Shown: positions 19,127-31,599, counted from the stretch's first letter. The stretch is 64,000 bases of DNA from Flammeovirgaceae bacterium (GCA_021299455.1 JAJTGQ010000019.1:15855-79854), one strand, 5' to 3'. Notes: a model not told the origin generated them from the letters alone. Made by a program: numbers and translations.

Positions 19127-19474
19127 ATGCCAAATATTAAAGTTAGAAGGCTTCGGATAAAAAAAGGGATCCGCAAAAAACTGGAAGGAACTTTGGCTCG
19201 TCCGAGACTTTCTGTTTTCAAAAGCAATAAAGCAATCTATGCCCAGGTGATTGATGATGCGAAAGGACATACTCTTCTTGCTACGTCTTCAAAAGATCTT
19301 GACAAGAAAGGTGGAGTAACTCTTTCGATTTCAAAAACCGTAGGTCAGAAGTTAGCAGAAAAAGCATTGGCTAGCGGAATCAAAGACATCGTATTTGACC
19401 GCAACGGTTATTTATATCACGGTAACATTAAAGCTTTGGCCGAAGGTGCCAGAGAGGGAGGCTTAAATTTTTAA
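19127..19474 (+). CDS. rplR: 50S ribosomal protein L18
   Basis: [20 protein letters not shown] and [10 protein letters not shown] motifs. Confidence 0.95.
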   Translation: MPNIKVRRLRIKKGIRKKLEGTLARPRLSVFKSNKAIYAQVIDDAKGHTLLATSSKDLDKKGGVTLSISKTVGQKLAEKALASGIKDIVFDRNGYLYHGNIKALAEGAREGGLNF

Positions 19475-19478
19475 TAGC

Positions 19479-19997
19479 ATGACACAAAGTAACGTCAGCA
19501 CAGTAAAAGCCAGTGAAATCGACCTTAAAGAAAAGGTGGTTGCAATCCAGCGTGTAGCCAAAGTGGTGAAAGGTGGTAGAAGATTTAGTTTCGCTGCCAT
19601 TGTGGTGGTAGGCGATGGAAATGGAGTAGTAGGTTACGGATTAGGTAAAGCTAATGAGGTAACTGACGCCATTACAAAAGGAATAGATGACGCAAAAAAG
19701 CACTTGGTGAAGGTACCTATTATTAAAGGCACTGTTCCACATGAGTCGCTTGGCAAGTTTGGTGGTGGTTTTGTGCTTTTGAAGCCCGCCTCTCCAGGTA
19801 CAGGTGTAATTGCAGGTGGTGCGATGCGTGCGGTGCTGGAAAGTGCTGGGGTGCATAATGTGTTGGCGAAATCGAAAGGTTCATCCAACCCACACAACGT
19901 GGTGAAGGCAACTTTCAAGGCGTTGACAACTATGCGCGATCCTCAAACCATCGCGAGAAATCGTGGTGTTTCTTTATCAAAAGTTTTTAACGGTTAA
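19479..19997 (+). CDS. rpsE: 30S ribosomal protein S5
   Basis: [16 protein letters not shown] and [10 protein letters not shown]-type motifs. Confidence 0.96.
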   Translation: MTQSNVSTVKASEIDLKEKVVAIQRVAKVVKGGRRFSFAAIVVVGDGNGVVGYGLGKANEVTDAITKGIDDAKKHLVKVPIIKGTVPHESLGKFGGGFVLLKPASPGTGVIAGGAMRAVLESAGVHNVLAKSKGSSNPHNVVKATFKALTTMRDPQTIARNRGVSLSKVFNG

Positions 19998-20002
19998 TAC
20001 CC

Positions 20003-20182
20003 ATGGCAAAAGTTAAAATCACCCAGATCCGTAGCATGATCAAGAGACCTGATACGCAACAGCGCACTATTCAGTCGTTGGGTCTAGGCAGGATCAATAA
20101 GTCGGTGGAAGTGGAGTACACTCCGCAGATACAGGGGATGGTAAAAAAAGTTAGTCATTTAGTGAGCGTAACAGAATTATAA
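20003..20182 (+). CDS. rpmD: 50S ribosomal protein L30
   Basis: Own translation, 59 aa (below the track cutoff): MAKVKITQIRSMIKRPDTQQRTIQSLGLGRINKSVEVEYTPQIQGMVKKVSHLVSVTEL. Canonical L30 pattern and position. Confidence 0.92.
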   Translation: MAKVKITQIRSMIKRPDTQQRTIQSLGLGRINKSVEVEYTPQIQGMVKKVSHLVSVTEL

Positions 20183-20266
20183 GATGAAATGGTCGCATAC
20201 AAGTTTTTTTCAAAGCGCAACATGGATTAGACCATTCCATGTGACCATAAAAATATATAGAAACAC

Positions 20267-20713
20267 ATGAAGCTGCACACACTTAAGCCGGCCGAAGGAT
20301 CGGTAAGAACAAATAAGAGATTGGGTCGCGGACAAGGTTCTGGCGGTAGTACCGCAGGTCGTGGTCACAAAGGAGCACAATCTCGTTCTGGTAATAGTAA
20401 GAAAAGTGGTTTCGAAGGTGGACAGATGCCACTTCAGAGACGCGTACCAAAATTTGGTTTCAAGAATAACAACAAAATCACCTTCAAAGCAATCAATTTG
20501 GATGCCTTAGAAGAATTGGCAAAAAAGACAAGTGCCTCTTCATTGAGCATTCAGTTGATGATTGACAATGGAATTGTTGGCAAGAAAGACAGAGTAAAGG
20601 TATTGGGTCGTGGCGAATTGAAGACGAAAGTAAATGTAGAAGCACATTCATTTTCTGAAACTGCAACGAAAGCCATTGAAACAGCAGGCGGTAGCGCCAC
20701 AACCAAGAAATAG
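20267..20713 (+). CDS. rplO: 50S ribosomal protein L15
   Basis: LKPAEGS..RLGRGQGSGGSTAGRGHKG motif. Confidence 0.95.
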   Translation: MKLHTLKPAEGSVRTNKRLGRGQGSGGSTAGRGHKGAQSRSGNSKKSGFEGGQMPLQRRVPKFGFKNNNKITFKAINLDALEELAKKTSASSLSIQLMIDNGIVGKKDRVKVLGRGELKTKVNVEAHSFSETATKAIETAGGSATTKK

Positions 20714-22024
20714 ATGAAGCGTTTCTTTACAACTATAAAGAACATTTTTGCGATCGAAGATCTTCGTGTAAGAATTCTTAACACGATGGGCTTCCTTATT
20801 ATTTTCCGATTAGGTTCTTATATCGTTTTACCGGGTATTGATCCAAATTTATTAACGGGCAATCAAGGTGGCATTTTTGATTTCTTGAACACCTTTTTAG
20901 GTGGCTCATTCAGCCGAGCTTCGATCTTCGCGTTGGGCATTATGCCTTACATTTCTGCTTCTATCGTTGTTCAATTATTGACCGTAGCAGTTCCTCATTT
21001 TGCCAAAATGCAAAAAGAAGGAGATAGTGGAAGAAAAAAATTAAATCAGTTTACTCGAGTGCTGACAATCGCTATCACCGCTGCCCAGTCATACGGTTAC
21101 CTACGCGCAACAGTAAATGACGAGGCAATTATTAATCCTGGATTGTTTTTCACGATTTCATCAATGATAATCATAGTAGCCGGAACCATGTTCTGTATGT
21201 GGCTCGGTGAGCGCATCACAGATAAAGGTATTGGTAATGGTATCAGTATGCTTATCATGATCGGTATTGTTTCTCGCTTCCCCGCAGCGATCTACCAGGA
21301 AGCCGATACAAAAGGTCTTAGTGGTGGATTGTTGTTGATCATCGAAGCACTTGCTTTATTCTTCGTGGTAGTAGGAGTAATCGCGATGACGCAAGCCGTT
21401 CGCAGAATACCTGTTCAATATGCGAAGCAAGTAGTAGGTAACAAACTGTATGGAGGTAAGCGTGATTTTATTCCTTTGAAATTGAATTCTGCCGGTGTAA
21501 TGCCGATCATCTTCGCGCAAGCGTTGATGTTCATTCCACCATTGGTTGCACAAATTTGGCGAGACAGCGATGTAAGTGCCTATGTGGGTACTACCTTTGC
21601 AGATTTTACATCATGGCAATACAACTTGCTGTTTGCTTCATTGATTATCGTTTTTACATTCTTTTATACAGCCATCACAGTGCCGTCTAATGACATTGCT
21701 GAGAACTTGAAAAGAAATGGTGGGTTTGTGCCGGGTATAAAGCCAGGTAAACAAACGGCTGAGTTTATCGATAGTATATTATCAAAGATTACTTTACCAG
21801 GTGCATTGTTGTTAGCAGCTGTTGCCGTTCTTCCTGCTTTTGCAGTGAAGGCGGGCATCACGCAAAACTTTGCTTACTTCTATGGTGGTACTTCACTCCT
21901 CATTTTGGTGGGTGTAGTATTGGATACGCTTCAACAAATAGAAAGTTATTTGTTAATGCGTCACTACGAGGGAATGATGAAATCAGGAAGAGTAAAAGGA
22001 CGTTCTCAGTTTGCTGCGGCTTAA
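20714..22024 (+). CDS. secY: Preprotein translocase subunit SecY
   Basis: 436-aa polytopic protein with GIMPYISASIVVQLL and GERITDKGIGNGISM motifs. Conserved position. Confidence 0.97.
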   Translation: MKRFFTTIKNIFAIEDLRVRILNTMGFLIIFRLGSYIVLPGIDPNLLTGNQGGIFDFLNTFLGGSFSRASIFALGIMPYISASIVVQLLTVAVPHFAKMQKEGDSGRKKLNQFTRVLTIAITAAQSYGYLRATVNDEAIINPGLFFTISSMIIIVAGTMFCMWLGERITDKGIGNGISMLIMIGIVSRFPAAIYQEADTKGLSGGLLLIIEALALFFVVVGVIAMTQAVRRIPVQYAKQVVGNKLYGGKRDFIPLKLNSAGVMPIIFAQALMFIPPLVAQIWRDSDVSAYVGTTFADFTSWQYNLLFASLIIVFTFFYTAITVPSNDIAENLKRNGGFVPGIKPGKQTAEFIDSILSKITLPGALLLAAVAVLPAFAVKAGITQNFAYFYGGTSLLILVGVVLDTLQQIESYLLMRHYEGMMKSGRVKGRSQFAAA

Positions 22025-22030
22025 AGTTGA

Positions 22031-22828
22031 ATGGTTCACTATAAGACGGAAAGTGATATTCAGACTATTAAGGAAAGCGCCCAAGTTTTAGCAAAGGCGC
22101 ATGCGGAAGTAGCGAAGGCCATAAAGCCTGGGGTGAAAACGAAGAAACTGGATAGCATTGCCGAGGAGTTTATACGTGACAACAATGGAGTGCCTTCTTT
22201 TTTGAACTATAATGGTTCATTTCCGGCTTCCCTCTGCATCTCTGTTAATGATACAGTGGTGCATGGTTTTCCGGGTGAATATGAGTTGAAAGAGAAAGAC
22301 ATCGTCTCGATTGACTGTGGTGTATTGTATAAGGGTTTTCACAGTGACTCTGCTTATACTTACCCTTTGGAAGGTGTTAGTCAAGATGCGCTGAGGTTGT
22401 TGGATAGAACTTACGAATCTTTGTATTTGGGTATAGCTCAAGCAAAGATTGGTAATAGAATAGGTGATATTGGACATGCTGTTCAGACATATGTAGAGCA
22501 GTTTGGTTATGGAGTGGTGAGGGAGTTAGTTGGTCACGGGGTAGGTAGAAGTTTGCACGAGGATCCTGAAGTGCCAAACTATGGGAAGAGAGGAAAAGGA
22601 CCCAAGATTATGGCGGGAATGGTTTTTGCCATCGAGCCGATGATCAACATGGGAACAAAGAAAGTAGTGCAGGAGAAGGACGGATGGACGATCCGGACGC
22701 AAGACAGGAAACCTTCAGCTCATTTTGAGCACATGGTGGCCATCTTCCCTGATCGGACGGAGATTTTGACGACACACGAGTACATAGAAGAGAGTTATAG
22801 TTTTAAATGGCGAAACAAAAGTCGATAG
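22031..22828 (+). CDS. map: Type I methionine aminopeptidase
   Basis: VVHGFPG, DCG, GHGVG, FAIEPM and HFEH metal-ligand contexts. The C-terminal tail overlaps the infA start by 22 nt. Confidence 0.95.
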   Translation: MVHYKTESDIQTIKESAQVLAKAHAEVAKAIKPGVKTKKLDSIAEEFIRDNNGVPSFLNYNGSFPASLCISVNDTVVHGFPGEYELKEKDIVSIDCGVLYKGFHSDSAYTYPLEGVSQDALRLLDRTYESLYLGIAQAKIGNRIGDIGHAVQTYVEQFGYGVVRELVGHGVGRSLHEDPEVPNYGKRGKGPKIMAGMVFAIEPMINMGTKKVVQEKDGWTIRTQDRKPSAHFEHMVAIFPDRTEILTTHEYIEESYSFKWRNKSR

Positions 22829-23025
22829 AGCAAGACGGAACAATACAAGAGGCCTTATCTAACGCAATGTTTAAAGTACAGTTAGAAAATGGACACGAAG
22901 TATTAGCACACATATCCGGAAAGATGAGGATGCACTATATCCGAATTCTTCCTGGGGATAAAGTGCGGTTGGAAATGTCGCCCTATGATTTGACAAAAGG
23001 CAGGATAACGTTTAGATATAAATAG
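22807..23025 (+). CDS. infA: Translation initiation factor IF-1
   Basis: 72 aa with [31 protein letters not shown]. Confidence 0.96.
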   Translation: MAKQKSIEQDGTIQEALSNAMFKVQLENGHEVLAHISGKMRMHYIRILPGDKVRLEMSPYDLTKGRITFRYK

Positions 23026-23028
23026 GTT

Positions 23029-23145
23029 ATGAAAGTAAGAGCATCCATAAAAAAACGGAGTGCCGATTGTAAAATCATCAGGCGCAAAGGGAAATTATTT
23101 GTGATCAATAAGAAGAATCCACGGTATAAACAAAGACAAGGATAA
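23029..23145 (+). CDS. rpmJ: 50S ribosomal protein L36 (Cys-poor form)
   Basis: Own translation, 38 aa: [38 protein letters not shown]. It has a single Cys, so no zinc ribbon. Confidence 0.92.
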   Translation: MKVRASIKKRSADCKIIRRKGKLFVINKKNPRYKQRQG

Positions 23146-23147
23146 TT

Positions 23148-23528
23148 ATGGCACGTATTGCTGGTGTTGACATTCCGGATAACAAACGAGGCGAAATTAG
23201 CCTCACGTACATTTTTGGTATTGGCCGTAGGTCAGCCCAAAAAATACTTACTCAGGCAAAAGTTGACTGGGATAAGAAGGTGAAGGAGTGGAACGATGAA
23301 GAATCGAACGCAGTCCGAGCCGTTATCGCGGAGCAATTTAGAATTGAAGGATCCTTAAAGTCGGAAGTGCAGTTGAGCATTAAGCGATTGATGGACATTG
23401 GTTGTTACAGAGGTCTTCGTCACCGCAAAGGATTACCTGTGCGTGGACAGAAGACAAAGAACAACTCACGCACTCGCAAGGGTAAGCGTAAGACAGTAGC
23501 GAACAAGAAGAAGGCAGTTAAAGGTTAA
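23148..23528 (+). CDS. rpsM: 30S ribosomal protein S13
   Basis: [10 protein letters not shown] start and [18 protein letters not shown] motif. Confidence 0.97.
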   Translation: MARIAGVDIPDNKRGEISLTYIFGIGRRSAQKILTQAKVDWDKKVKEWNDEESNAVRAVIAEQFRIEGSLKSEVQLSIKRLMDIGCYRGLRHRKGLPVRGQKTKNNSRTRKGKRKTVANKKKAVKG

Positions 23529-23552
23529 TAAATAAAATAATATACTTTTCGT

Positions 23553-23957
23553 ATGGCAGCACCTGCAGTTGAAAAGAAGAAGGACAAGAGCAAGAAACGC
23601 GTAGTCAATGTGGAGGCCATAGGCCAGGCACATATACGCGCCACCTTCAATAACATCATCATTTCCATCACGAATACAACTGGACAAGTTGTGTCGTGGG
23701 CTTCGGCTGGAAAGATGGGTTTCAAAGGCTCAAAGAAGAACACCCCGTATGCTGCACAGGTTGCTGCGCAAGAGGCAGCCACCAAAGCATTTGAGCTAGG
23801 TGTTCGAAAAGTAGAGGTTTTTGTAAAGGGACCTGGCGCTGGGCGCGAGTCTGCTATCCGTAGCATTCAAGCATCAGGTGTTGAAGTAATAATCATAAGA
23901 GATTTTACTCCAATGCCGCACAATGGCTGCCGCCCTCCAAAGAAAAGAAGAGTTTAA
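23553..23957 (+). CDS. rpsK: 30S ribosomal protein S11
   Basis: [29 protein letters not shown] and [16 protein letters not shown] motifs. Confidence 0.97.
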   Translation: MAAPAVEKKKDKSKKRVVNVEAIGQAHIRATFNNIIISITNTTGQVVSWASAGKMGFKGSKKNTPYAAQVAAQEAATKAFELGVRKVEVFVKGPGAGRESAIRSIQASGVEVIIIRDFTPMPHNGCRPPKKRRV

Positions 23958-23982
23958 TTTCAGTAACAAGAAAGTATAAATC

Positions 23983-24588
23983 ATGGCAAGGTACACCGGA
24001 CCCAAAACAAGGATTTCCAGAAGGTATAACGAACCTATCTTTGGCGACAGCAAAACGTTGGCAAAGAAGAATTATCCCGCTGGCCAGCATGGCAAGGGCA
24101 AGAAACGCAAGCAATCAGAATATGCTGTGCAGTTAGCTGAAAAGCAAAAAGCGAAATTCATTTATGGCATTTTAGAGCGCCAATTCGAAAATACGTTCCA
24201 CAAGGCTTCGGCTAAGAAAGGCGTAACGGGCGAGGTGCTTTTACAGATGTTGGAATCACGCTTGGACAATACAGTTTACAGATTAGGTGTTGCACCTACT
24301 CGCAGAGCTGCACGTCAATTGGTGGTACACAAGCACATTACCGTAAACGGAGATGTGTTGAATATACCTTCCGCTTTCTTACGTCCAGGTGATGTAATTG
24401 CGGTGCGCGAGAAATCAAAATCATTGGAAGCAATCAACAATTCGTTATCTATCCAGGGAGCAAAAAAATACAACTGGCTGGAGTGGGATATGAAAGAAAT
24501 GGAAGGAAAATTGATCAATCTTCCCCCCCGTCAAGATATTCCTGAGAATATCAACGAGCAGTTGATTGTCGAGTTGTACTCTAAGTAA
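23983..24588 (+). CDS. rpsD: 30S ribosomal protein S4
   Basis: MARYTGPK start, [10 protein letters not shown], and S4 domain [19 protein letters not shown]. Confidence 0.97.
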   Translation: MARYTGPKTRISRRYNEPIFGDSKTLAKKNYPAGQHGKGKKRKQSEYAVQLAEKQKAKFIYGILERQFENTFHKASAKKGVTGEVLLQMLESRLDNTVYRLGVAPTRRAARQLVVHKHITVNGDVLNIPSAFLRPGDVIAVREKSKSLEAINNSLSIQGAKKYNWLEWDMKEMEGKLINLPPRQDIPENINEQLIVELYSK

Positions 24589-24613
24589 GTCAAACCTTTA
24601 ATTAAAATCACGT

Positions 24614-25603
24614 ATGTCAATATTAGCATTTCAAATGCCGGAGAAAGTGGTGATGGAGAAGTCAGACGACTTTCACGGCTTCTTTACCTTCAAGCCTTTG
24701 GAAAAAGGATATGGAGTGACCATAGGCAATGCGTTAAGAAGAATTTTGTTATCTTCCTTAGAGGGTTATGCGATCACAGGTATCAAAATACCAGGTGTGT
24801 TGCACGAGTTCTCTACAATTGAAGGTGTGGTGGAAGATGTTGCTGAAATCATCTTGAATTTGAAACAAGTTCGTTTCCGCAAAGTGGGCGAATCTAACGA
24901 CACGAAAGTGGTTGTTAATATCAAGAAGCAAAAGCAGTTGAAGGCAGGTGATATCGCCAAGTTTACAGCAGGCTACGAGGTTCTCAATCCAGATCATGTA
25001 ATCTGTAACTTAGATGAATCTGCTCATTTTGAAATCGAATTATTAGTAGAAAAGGGTAGAGGTTATTTACCTGCAGAGGAAAGCAAACCCAACGAGCAAG
25101 TATTTGGTTTTATTCCAATCGATGCCATTTTCACCCCGGTAAAGAATGTGAAATACAGTGTGGAGAACACACGTGTGGAGCAAAAGACCGATTATGAGAA
25201 ATTATTGATTGATATCGAAACGGATGGTTCGATTCACCCTGAGAAAGCATTGGAAGGAGCTGCTTTCATTTTGATTCAGCATTTCCGTTTATTCTCTGAC
25301 AAGTCAATTGAATTAGAGACAACGAAGGATAGCGAAGTAGAGCAAGTAGACGAAGAGATGTTGCATATGCGCAAGCTGTTGAAAACACAACTTCATGACT
25401 TAGATCTTTCAGTACGTGCTTATAACTGCTTAAAGGCAGCTGAAGTGAAGTCATTGGGAGACTTAGTGAGACTGGACATTTCTGATATGATGAAATTCCG
25501 CAACTTCGGTAAGAAGTCGTTGGCTGAGCTTGAGCAATTGGTGGCCGATAAGAATCTTACATTCGGAATGGATCTTGCGAAATATAAATTGGAAGAAGAC
25601 TAA
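24614..25603 (+). CDS. rpoA: DNA-directed RNA polymerase alpha subunit
   Basis: [12 protein letters not shown] motif and C-terminal-domain [17 protein letters not shown]. Confidence 0.97.
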   Translation: MSILAFQMPEKVVMEKSDDFHGFFTFKPLEKGYGVTIGNALRRILLSSLEGYAITGIKIPGVLHEFSTIEGVVEDVAEIILNLKQVRFRKVGESNDTKVVVNIKKQKQLKAGDIAKFTAGYEVLNPDHVICNLDESAHFEIELLVEKGRGYLPAEESKPNEQVFGFIPIDAIFTPVKNVKYSVENTRVEQKTDYEKLLIDIETDGSIHPEKALEGAAFILIQHFRLFSDKSIELETTKDSEVEQVDEEMLHMRKLLKTQLHDLDLSVRAYNCLKAAEVKSLGDLVRLDISDMMKFRNFGKKSLAELEQLVADKNLTFGMDLAKYKLEED

Positions 25604-26142
25604 TGAGACACGGTAAAAAAATCAACCATCTTGGTAGAAAGTCAGCGCATCGTCATGCGTTGTTATCCAACATGGCCTCTTCGCTTATCTTGCATAAGCG
25701 AATTACGACAACAGTAGCAAAGGCAAAGGCCTTGAAGAGATATGTGGAGCCTTTGCTTACAAAGTCAAAGGACGATACGACCCACTCACGCAGAACAGTC
25801 TTTGCTTATTTGCAAAACAAGGAGTCGATTAAGACCTTGTTTGGCGAGGTAGCAGGACGTATTGCCAACCGTGCTGGTGGATATACGCGTATCATTAAAC
25901 TTGGAGATGCTCGTCTCGGTGATGCCGCAGACATGTGTTTGATGGAATTGGTCGATTTCAATGATATCTACAAAAAAGATGGTGCTGAGAAAAAGGCTAA
26001 GACACGCAGAGGCCGTAAGGCAAAGAAAGATGAAGGCGGTGTGGAAGATGCTCAAGTAGTATCGGAAGCAACAGAGGAAAAGCCCAAGAAAGCAGCCAAC
26101 CTGCCTGCCGGCAAGGCAGGAAAATCTAAAAAGGACGAATAG
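25603..26142 (+). CDS. rplQ: 50S ribosomal protein L17 with a Lys/Glu-rich C-terminal tail
   Basis: [17 protein letters not shown] start. At 179 aa it carries a ~50-aa charged tail. TAATG overlap with rpoA. Confidence 0.95.
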   Translation: MRHGKKINHLGRKSAHRHALLSNMASSLILHKRITTTVAKAKALKRYVEPLLTKSKDDTTHSRRTVFAYLQNKESIKTLFGEVAGRIANRAGGYTRIIKLGDARLGDAADMCLMELVDFNDIYKKDGAEKKAKTRRGRKAKKDEGGVEDAQVVSEATEEKPKKAANLPAGKAGKSKKDE

Positions 26143-26162
26143 TGATTTCAAAAAACATAGAA

Positions 26163-26197
26163 AAAGGGATTGGACATCGTTCGATCCCTTTTTTATT
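26163..26197 (+). terminator. Rho-independent terminator ending the ribosomal/rpoA cluster
   Basis: AAAGGGAT (26163-26170) pairs with ATCCCTTT (26184-26191), followed by TTTAT. It lies 20 nt after the rplQ stop. Confidence 0.7.
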
Positions 26198-26237
26198 GCC
26201 CTTTTTCGAACGAATGCGGAAAGAATTAACCTCGACC

Positions 26238-26270
26238 TTGATCACTGATTCAATAACAAAAGTATTTTTG
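26238..26270 (+). promoter_or_regulatory. Candidate promoter of carA
   Basis: TATTTTTG at 26263-26270 (TAnnTTTG) and TTG at 26238-26240, about 22 nt upstream of the TTG start at 26293. Confidence 0.4.
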
Positions 26271-26292
26271 TCAACCATTTAACTCTACTCTC

Positions 26293-27378
26293 TTGAACGG
26301 AAAAGCATATTTACTCTTAGCAGACGGCCTCCTTGTAGAAGGGAAGGCCATCGGTAAAAAAGGAACCAGTGGCGGGGAAATCTGTTTCAACACGGGCATG
26401 ACTGGCTATCAAGAAATTTATACTGACCCCTCTTACCACGGCCAGATCGTTGTCAACACTTCGGCTCATATTGGTAACTATGGCACTGTGGTTGAAGACA
26501 ATGAATCGAGTTCGCCCAAAATTCAAGGCATCGTGATTAATGAATTCTCAAAAGAATTCAGCCGAAAAACAGCCAAAGAGAGCTTACAGACTTACCTGGA
26601 AAGACATGGTGTGGTTGGAATTGCAGACATTGATACACGGAAGTTGGTGCGGCACATAAGAAGTAAGGGGGCGATGAATGCGATCATTTCCTCTGAGCTT
26701 ACGCCCGAACAATTGAAAGAAGAGTTGAAAAAGGTGCCATCAATGGATGGGCTCGAGTTGTCTTCTGTGGTAAGTACTAAACAGCCCTATTTTGCAGGCG
26801 ATCCAAATGCACCGATTAAAATCGCGGCACTGGATGTGGGCATTAAAAATAATATTTTAAAGTGTCTGGCGGAAAGAGGTTGCTATGTACAAGTATTTCC
26901 GGCCAAGACAACTTACAAAGAAATGGAAGAGTGGAAGCCCCACGGTTATTTTATTTCTAACGGCCCAGGCGACCCTTCGGTGATGGAATATGCCATAAAA
27001 ACAGTAAAAGACATTTTAGATGCTGATAAGCCTGTGTTTGGCATTTGCCTGGGGCATCAATTGTTGGCATTGGCTGCCGGCCTCACAACCTTTAAAATGC
27101 ACCACGGTCATCGCGGACTTAACCACCCTGTAAAAAATTTAATCTCAGGTTTGGGCGAGATGACTTCACAGAATCATGGCTTTGCGGTAAAGAACGAGGG
27201 GCTTGAGCAACATCCGGAAGTAGAGGTAACACACGTTCATTTGAATGATGGCACCATCATGGGCATTCGGCTAAAAAACAAAAAAGCATTTTCGGTGCAA
27301 TATCATCCAGAGGCTTCGCCAGGACCGCATGATAGTCGGTATTTGTTTGACCAATTTCTTTCAATGATTAAGAGCTAA
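26293..27378 (+). CDS. carA: Carbamoyl-phosphate synthase small (glutaminase) subunit
   Basis: FNTGMTGYQEIYTDPSY, class-I amidotransferase GICLGHQLL (catalytic Cys) and YHPEASPGPHD. Apparent TTG start. Confidence 0.93.
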   Translation: MNGKAYLLLADGLLVEGKAIGKKGTSGGEICFNTGMTGYQEIYTDPSYHGQIVVNTSAHIGNYGTVVEDNESSSPKIQGIVINEFSKEFSRKTAKESLQTYLERHGVVGIADIDTRKLVRHIRSKGAMNAIISSELTPEQLKEELKKVPSMDGLELSSVVSTKQPYFAGDPNAPIKIAALDVGIKNNILKCLAERGCYVQVFPAKTTYKEMEEWKPHGYFISNGPGDPSVMEYAIKTVKDILDADKPVFGICLGHQLLALAAGLTTFKMHHGHRGLNHPVKNLISGLGEMTSQNHGFAVKNEGLEQHPEVEVTHVHLNDGTIMGIRLKNKKAFSVQYHPEASPGPHDSRYLFDQFLSMIKS

Positions 27379-27480
27379 TTTGAAAATTCGACAATTCGGT
27401 GATTTGAAAATGTAGCTAAGGAAAAGATAGAATCAATGAAAATGATCTTAACGTCTTTGTGTCTTAGCGGAAGAGTGTTG

Positions 27481-28074
27481 ATGAAAACCCTAGTTCTAAT
27501 TTTGTCATTATCAGTTTGTTATTTGACTTCTTTAGCGCAAGTTTCTTTTGGAGTGATAGGTGGATTGAATTTGACGAAAACTGTCTACAACGATCTCCCA
27601 ATTGGGTTCACCTCGGCTAATGAACCCTCATGGGTGTCAGGGCTTCACGTAGGTGTGTTTGGGCAGGTTAAGTTGTCTGAGAAATTGAGCGTAGTGCCGG
27701 AGCTTCAATTCTCACAAAAAGGATACGAGGTTACTTATTCAGTTACCAACGTCAGTTCTTCAGTTAGGATAAATTATTTGGAACTACCCATCTTATTGTC
27801 CTACAGAATAAAGGCGATAAGCGTAGATCTTGGACCTAGTATTTCGTATCGATTATCTTCAACTCTTGCAGATACTTATAAGGATTTTGATTTCGGCTTG
27901 GCGGGTGGGCTACGAGTATATGTGACAGAAAAGTTTTTCGTGACGGGAAGATTTTACTACGGCCTAGCTGGAATTAGCCAGATAACCTTCTTCGACTTTA
28001 GTCTACGAACAGTAGGAACGGTTACTGAATACAATCGCGCAATTCAATTTGGAATTGGCTACAAAATAAAATGA
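27481..28074 (+). CDS. Small outer-membrane beta-barrel protein (PorT/OmpW-like)
   Basis: Start set at MKTLVLILSLSVCYLTSLAQ (signal peptide). Alternating hydrophobic beta-strand pattern throughout. Confidence 0.6.
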   Translation: MKTLVLILSLSVCYLTSLAQVSFGVIGGLNLTKTVYNDLPIGFTSANEPSWVSGLHVGVFGQVKLSEKLSVVPELQFSQKGYEVTYSVTNVSSSVRINYLELPILLSYRIKAISVDLGPSISYRLSSTLADTYKDFDFGLAGGLRVYVTEKFFVTGRFYYGLAGISQITFFDFSLRTVGTVTEYNRAIQFGIGYKIK

Positions 28075-28136
28075 AATTTAACTTGGTGTATTCGTTCCTT
28101 AGTGGTAAAAAATAAATCTAACATCTTAAATCCTAA

Positions 28137-29420
<1,284 letters not shown>

Positions 29421-29443
29421 AACGGATTTTCTTTAAATTTTTG

Positions 29444-29469
29444 AAGCCGAGGGTATTCTCGGCTTTTTT
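29444..29469 (+). terminator. Rho-independent terminator after eno
   Basis: AAGCCGAG (29444-29451) pairs with CTCGGCTT (29458-29465), followed by a T-run. Confidence 0.75.
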
Positions 29470-29565
29470 ATTGCTTCGGAAAAAAAGGGAAGCGTGCTGG
29501 CATTTGTAGTTGGGTTTTTCGCATTTCTAAAATTTCCCTATCTTCGTACAACCATTTTTTAAGCT

Positions 29566-29859
29566 ATGTTGAAGAGATTACCACCCGCCTTTCGTAATTT
29601 TTATATCGTTACAGGTCTTTGCTTCCTTGTCTGGATGCTTTTCTTAGACTCCAATGATTTGATATCGCGTTTTAAATTGGGTGCCAAACTGCGAAACCTC
29701 GATCGGGAAAAAGCGTATTACCAGGAAAAGATTGCTGACGTAGAGAAGGATCGGCATGAGCTGATGACTGACCGTGAATTGTTGGAAAAATTTGCTCGTG
29801 AAAAGTATTTGATGAAAAAGGAAACAGAAGATATTTTTATCATTCAAGAAGTAGATTAA
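29566..29859 (+). CDS. Septum formation initiator family protein (FtsB/DivIC-like)
   Basis: 97 aa with an N-terminal TM helix followed by a coiled coil (KLRNLDREKAYYQEKIADVEKDRHEL). Confidence 0.7.
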   Translation: MLKRLPPAFRNFYIVTGLCFLVWMLFLDSNDLISRFKLGAKLRNLDREKAYYQEKIADVEKDRHELMTDRELLEKFAREKYLMKKETEDIFIIQEVD

Positions 29860-29866
29860 ACCACGC

Positions 29867-30400
29867 ATGAAAAATTTAGTTGTTGTATTGTTGATAGGTT
29901 TGCCGCTGTTGGGCATTTCTCAGAGAGAAATAGAAGAAGGAGAGAAGCCGAAATTAAAAGATAGGCTTTATTTCGGTGGAGGTTTTGGACTTAACTCTGG
30001 AACGGACGGCTTTGGCAATTCCTATTTTTTTTATGCTCTCAATCCGATTATTGGGTACATGGTAAATCCGAAATTTTCAGTTGGTACTGGCATCAACTGG
30101 CAGCAAACCAGTTATGACCGACCCAAAGTAACTCTTACACAATATGGCATTAGCCCGTTTGCCAGATATAATTTTGATCAGCTTTTTGCTTATGGAGAAT
30201 ATAATTTGATTTCGACACCTACTTTCATTAATAGCGATCAGAGAAGGATTTTCAATAGAATGCTACTAGGTTTGGGCTACTCACAACCACTTGGAAGTAG
30301 AGGAGCAATCAACGCTATGGCACTGTATGACGTTCTTTACAACCAAAGTGATAGGGCATTTGCCTCACCTTGGGTTTTTCGTGTATTCTTTTCTTTCTAG
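29867..30400 (+). CDS. Hypothetical outer-membrane beta-barrel protein
   Basis: Signal peptide, aromatic-rich alternating strands, and a C-terminal Phe (FRVFFSF). Confidence 0.5.
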   Translation: MKNLVVVLLIGLPLLGISQREIEEGEKPKLKDRLYFGGGFGLNSGTDGFGNSYFFYALNPIIGYMVNPKFSVGTGINWQQTSYDRPKVTLTQYGISPFARYNFDQLFAYGEYNLISTPTFINSDQRRIFNRMLLGLGYSQPLGSRGAINAMALYDVLYNQSDRAFASPWVFRVFFSF

Positions 30401-31485
30401 TCCGGAAATTCTACTCCCAATTTCTTAGCTAGCACCTGTAGGTCTTCTACCACTTTTGAATTGAGCGGAATTCCGTCTTTCATCCGCGTGACTTCACTTT
30501 CACGTTCTGGGTCTCCGGGGATAATCATCTTGGGATGCCCTTCAATTGTTTTCGCCTCACGAAAGCGGGTGATCCAATTGTCCATGTGAAATTTGAAATC
30601 ATCCGCTGGGCGAAAGGCATCAACACGCATCGCGCCAAAAAAATGACCGATACCTTCCCCAACAGGGTCGGTCGGAGGAGAAAGAAAACTAACAAAAGGT
30701 GGAACCCATGGGCCATAATTCGCACCGCTTAGCACTGCAGAAAAGATATCTACCCAGGCACCCAAACTAAAACCCTTGTGGCTGCCATGTTCGCGATCGC
30801 TGCCCAGCGGAATCAACGCGCCACCATCTTTCAGTTCGTTAGGATTTGTAGATGGGCTGCCATCTTTTTTTTGAATCCAGCCGAGAGGGGCTTCTTTATT
30901 TTTTCGTTGAAGGATTTCCAGTTTGCCATTCGCTGCCGTTGTCGTTGCAAAATCAGCCACGAAAGCCGGTTGATTTCCGGCTGGGATTGCCACACAAATT
31001 GGATTAGTACCCAATAACCTTTCAACTGAAAAAGTTGGAGCTACCAAAGGACTTGCGTTCGTCATTGCAACGCCAATCATGTCGTGAGGCAAGGCCATCA
31101 TCGCATGGTAGGCTGCAATGCCAAAATGGTTTGAATTTTTTACGGCTACCCAGCCGGTGCCCACATTGTTTGCTTTCTCTATGGCAATTTCCATTGCCTT
31201 CGGTGCTACCACTAAACCCAAGCCAGCATCGCCATCTAATACTGCTGTGCTTGCTCTGGCATGAACGATCTTTGTTTTTGGCACGCTATTGATTCGCTTG
31301 GCCTCCCACAAACGCACATAGCCTGATAGTCGAGCCAGGCCGTGAGAATCGATTCCGCGTAAATCGGCACTTAACAACACATTGGCGGCTAATCTTGCTT
31401 CCTCATCCGGGCAGTTGATTTTTGTAAAGACAGCATGGGCAAATTGCCAGAGCGGTTGGTACTCAAAAATGGGGTCGTTAGGCAT
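30397..31485 (-). CDS. Ldh_2 family (malate/L-lactate/ureidoglycolate-type) oxidoreductase
   Basis: 362 aa. DLRGIDSHGLARL and NSNHFGIAAYH segments are typical of the Ldh_2 family. Confidence 0.7.
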   Translation of the reverse strand: MPNDPIFEYQPLWQFAHAVFTKINCPDEEARLAANVLLSADLRGIDSHGLARLSGYVRLWEAKRINSVPKTKIVHARASTAVLDGDAGLGLVVAPKAMEIAIEKANNVGTGWVAVKNSNHFGIAAYHAMMALPHDMIGVAMTNASPLVAPTFSVERLLGTNPICVAIPAGNQPAFVADFATTTAANGKLEILQRKNKEAPLGWIQKKDGSPSTNPNELKDGGALIPLGSDREHGSHKGFSLGAWVDIFSAVLSGANYGPWVPPFVSFLSPPTDPVGEGIGHFFGAMRVDAFRPADDFKFHMDNWITRFREAKTIEGHPKMIIPGDPERESEVTRMKDGIPLNSKVVEDLQVLAKKLGVEFPD

Positions 31486-31599
31486 AGCGTTGAGAAGAAA
31501 TCAGATTAACGGCAATTTGCAAGGTTTTGATAAAATTATCGTTCGAATTATGGAAATTTGATCATTGTCGAATCTTACCCCAAACAAATGAAAATCTAT

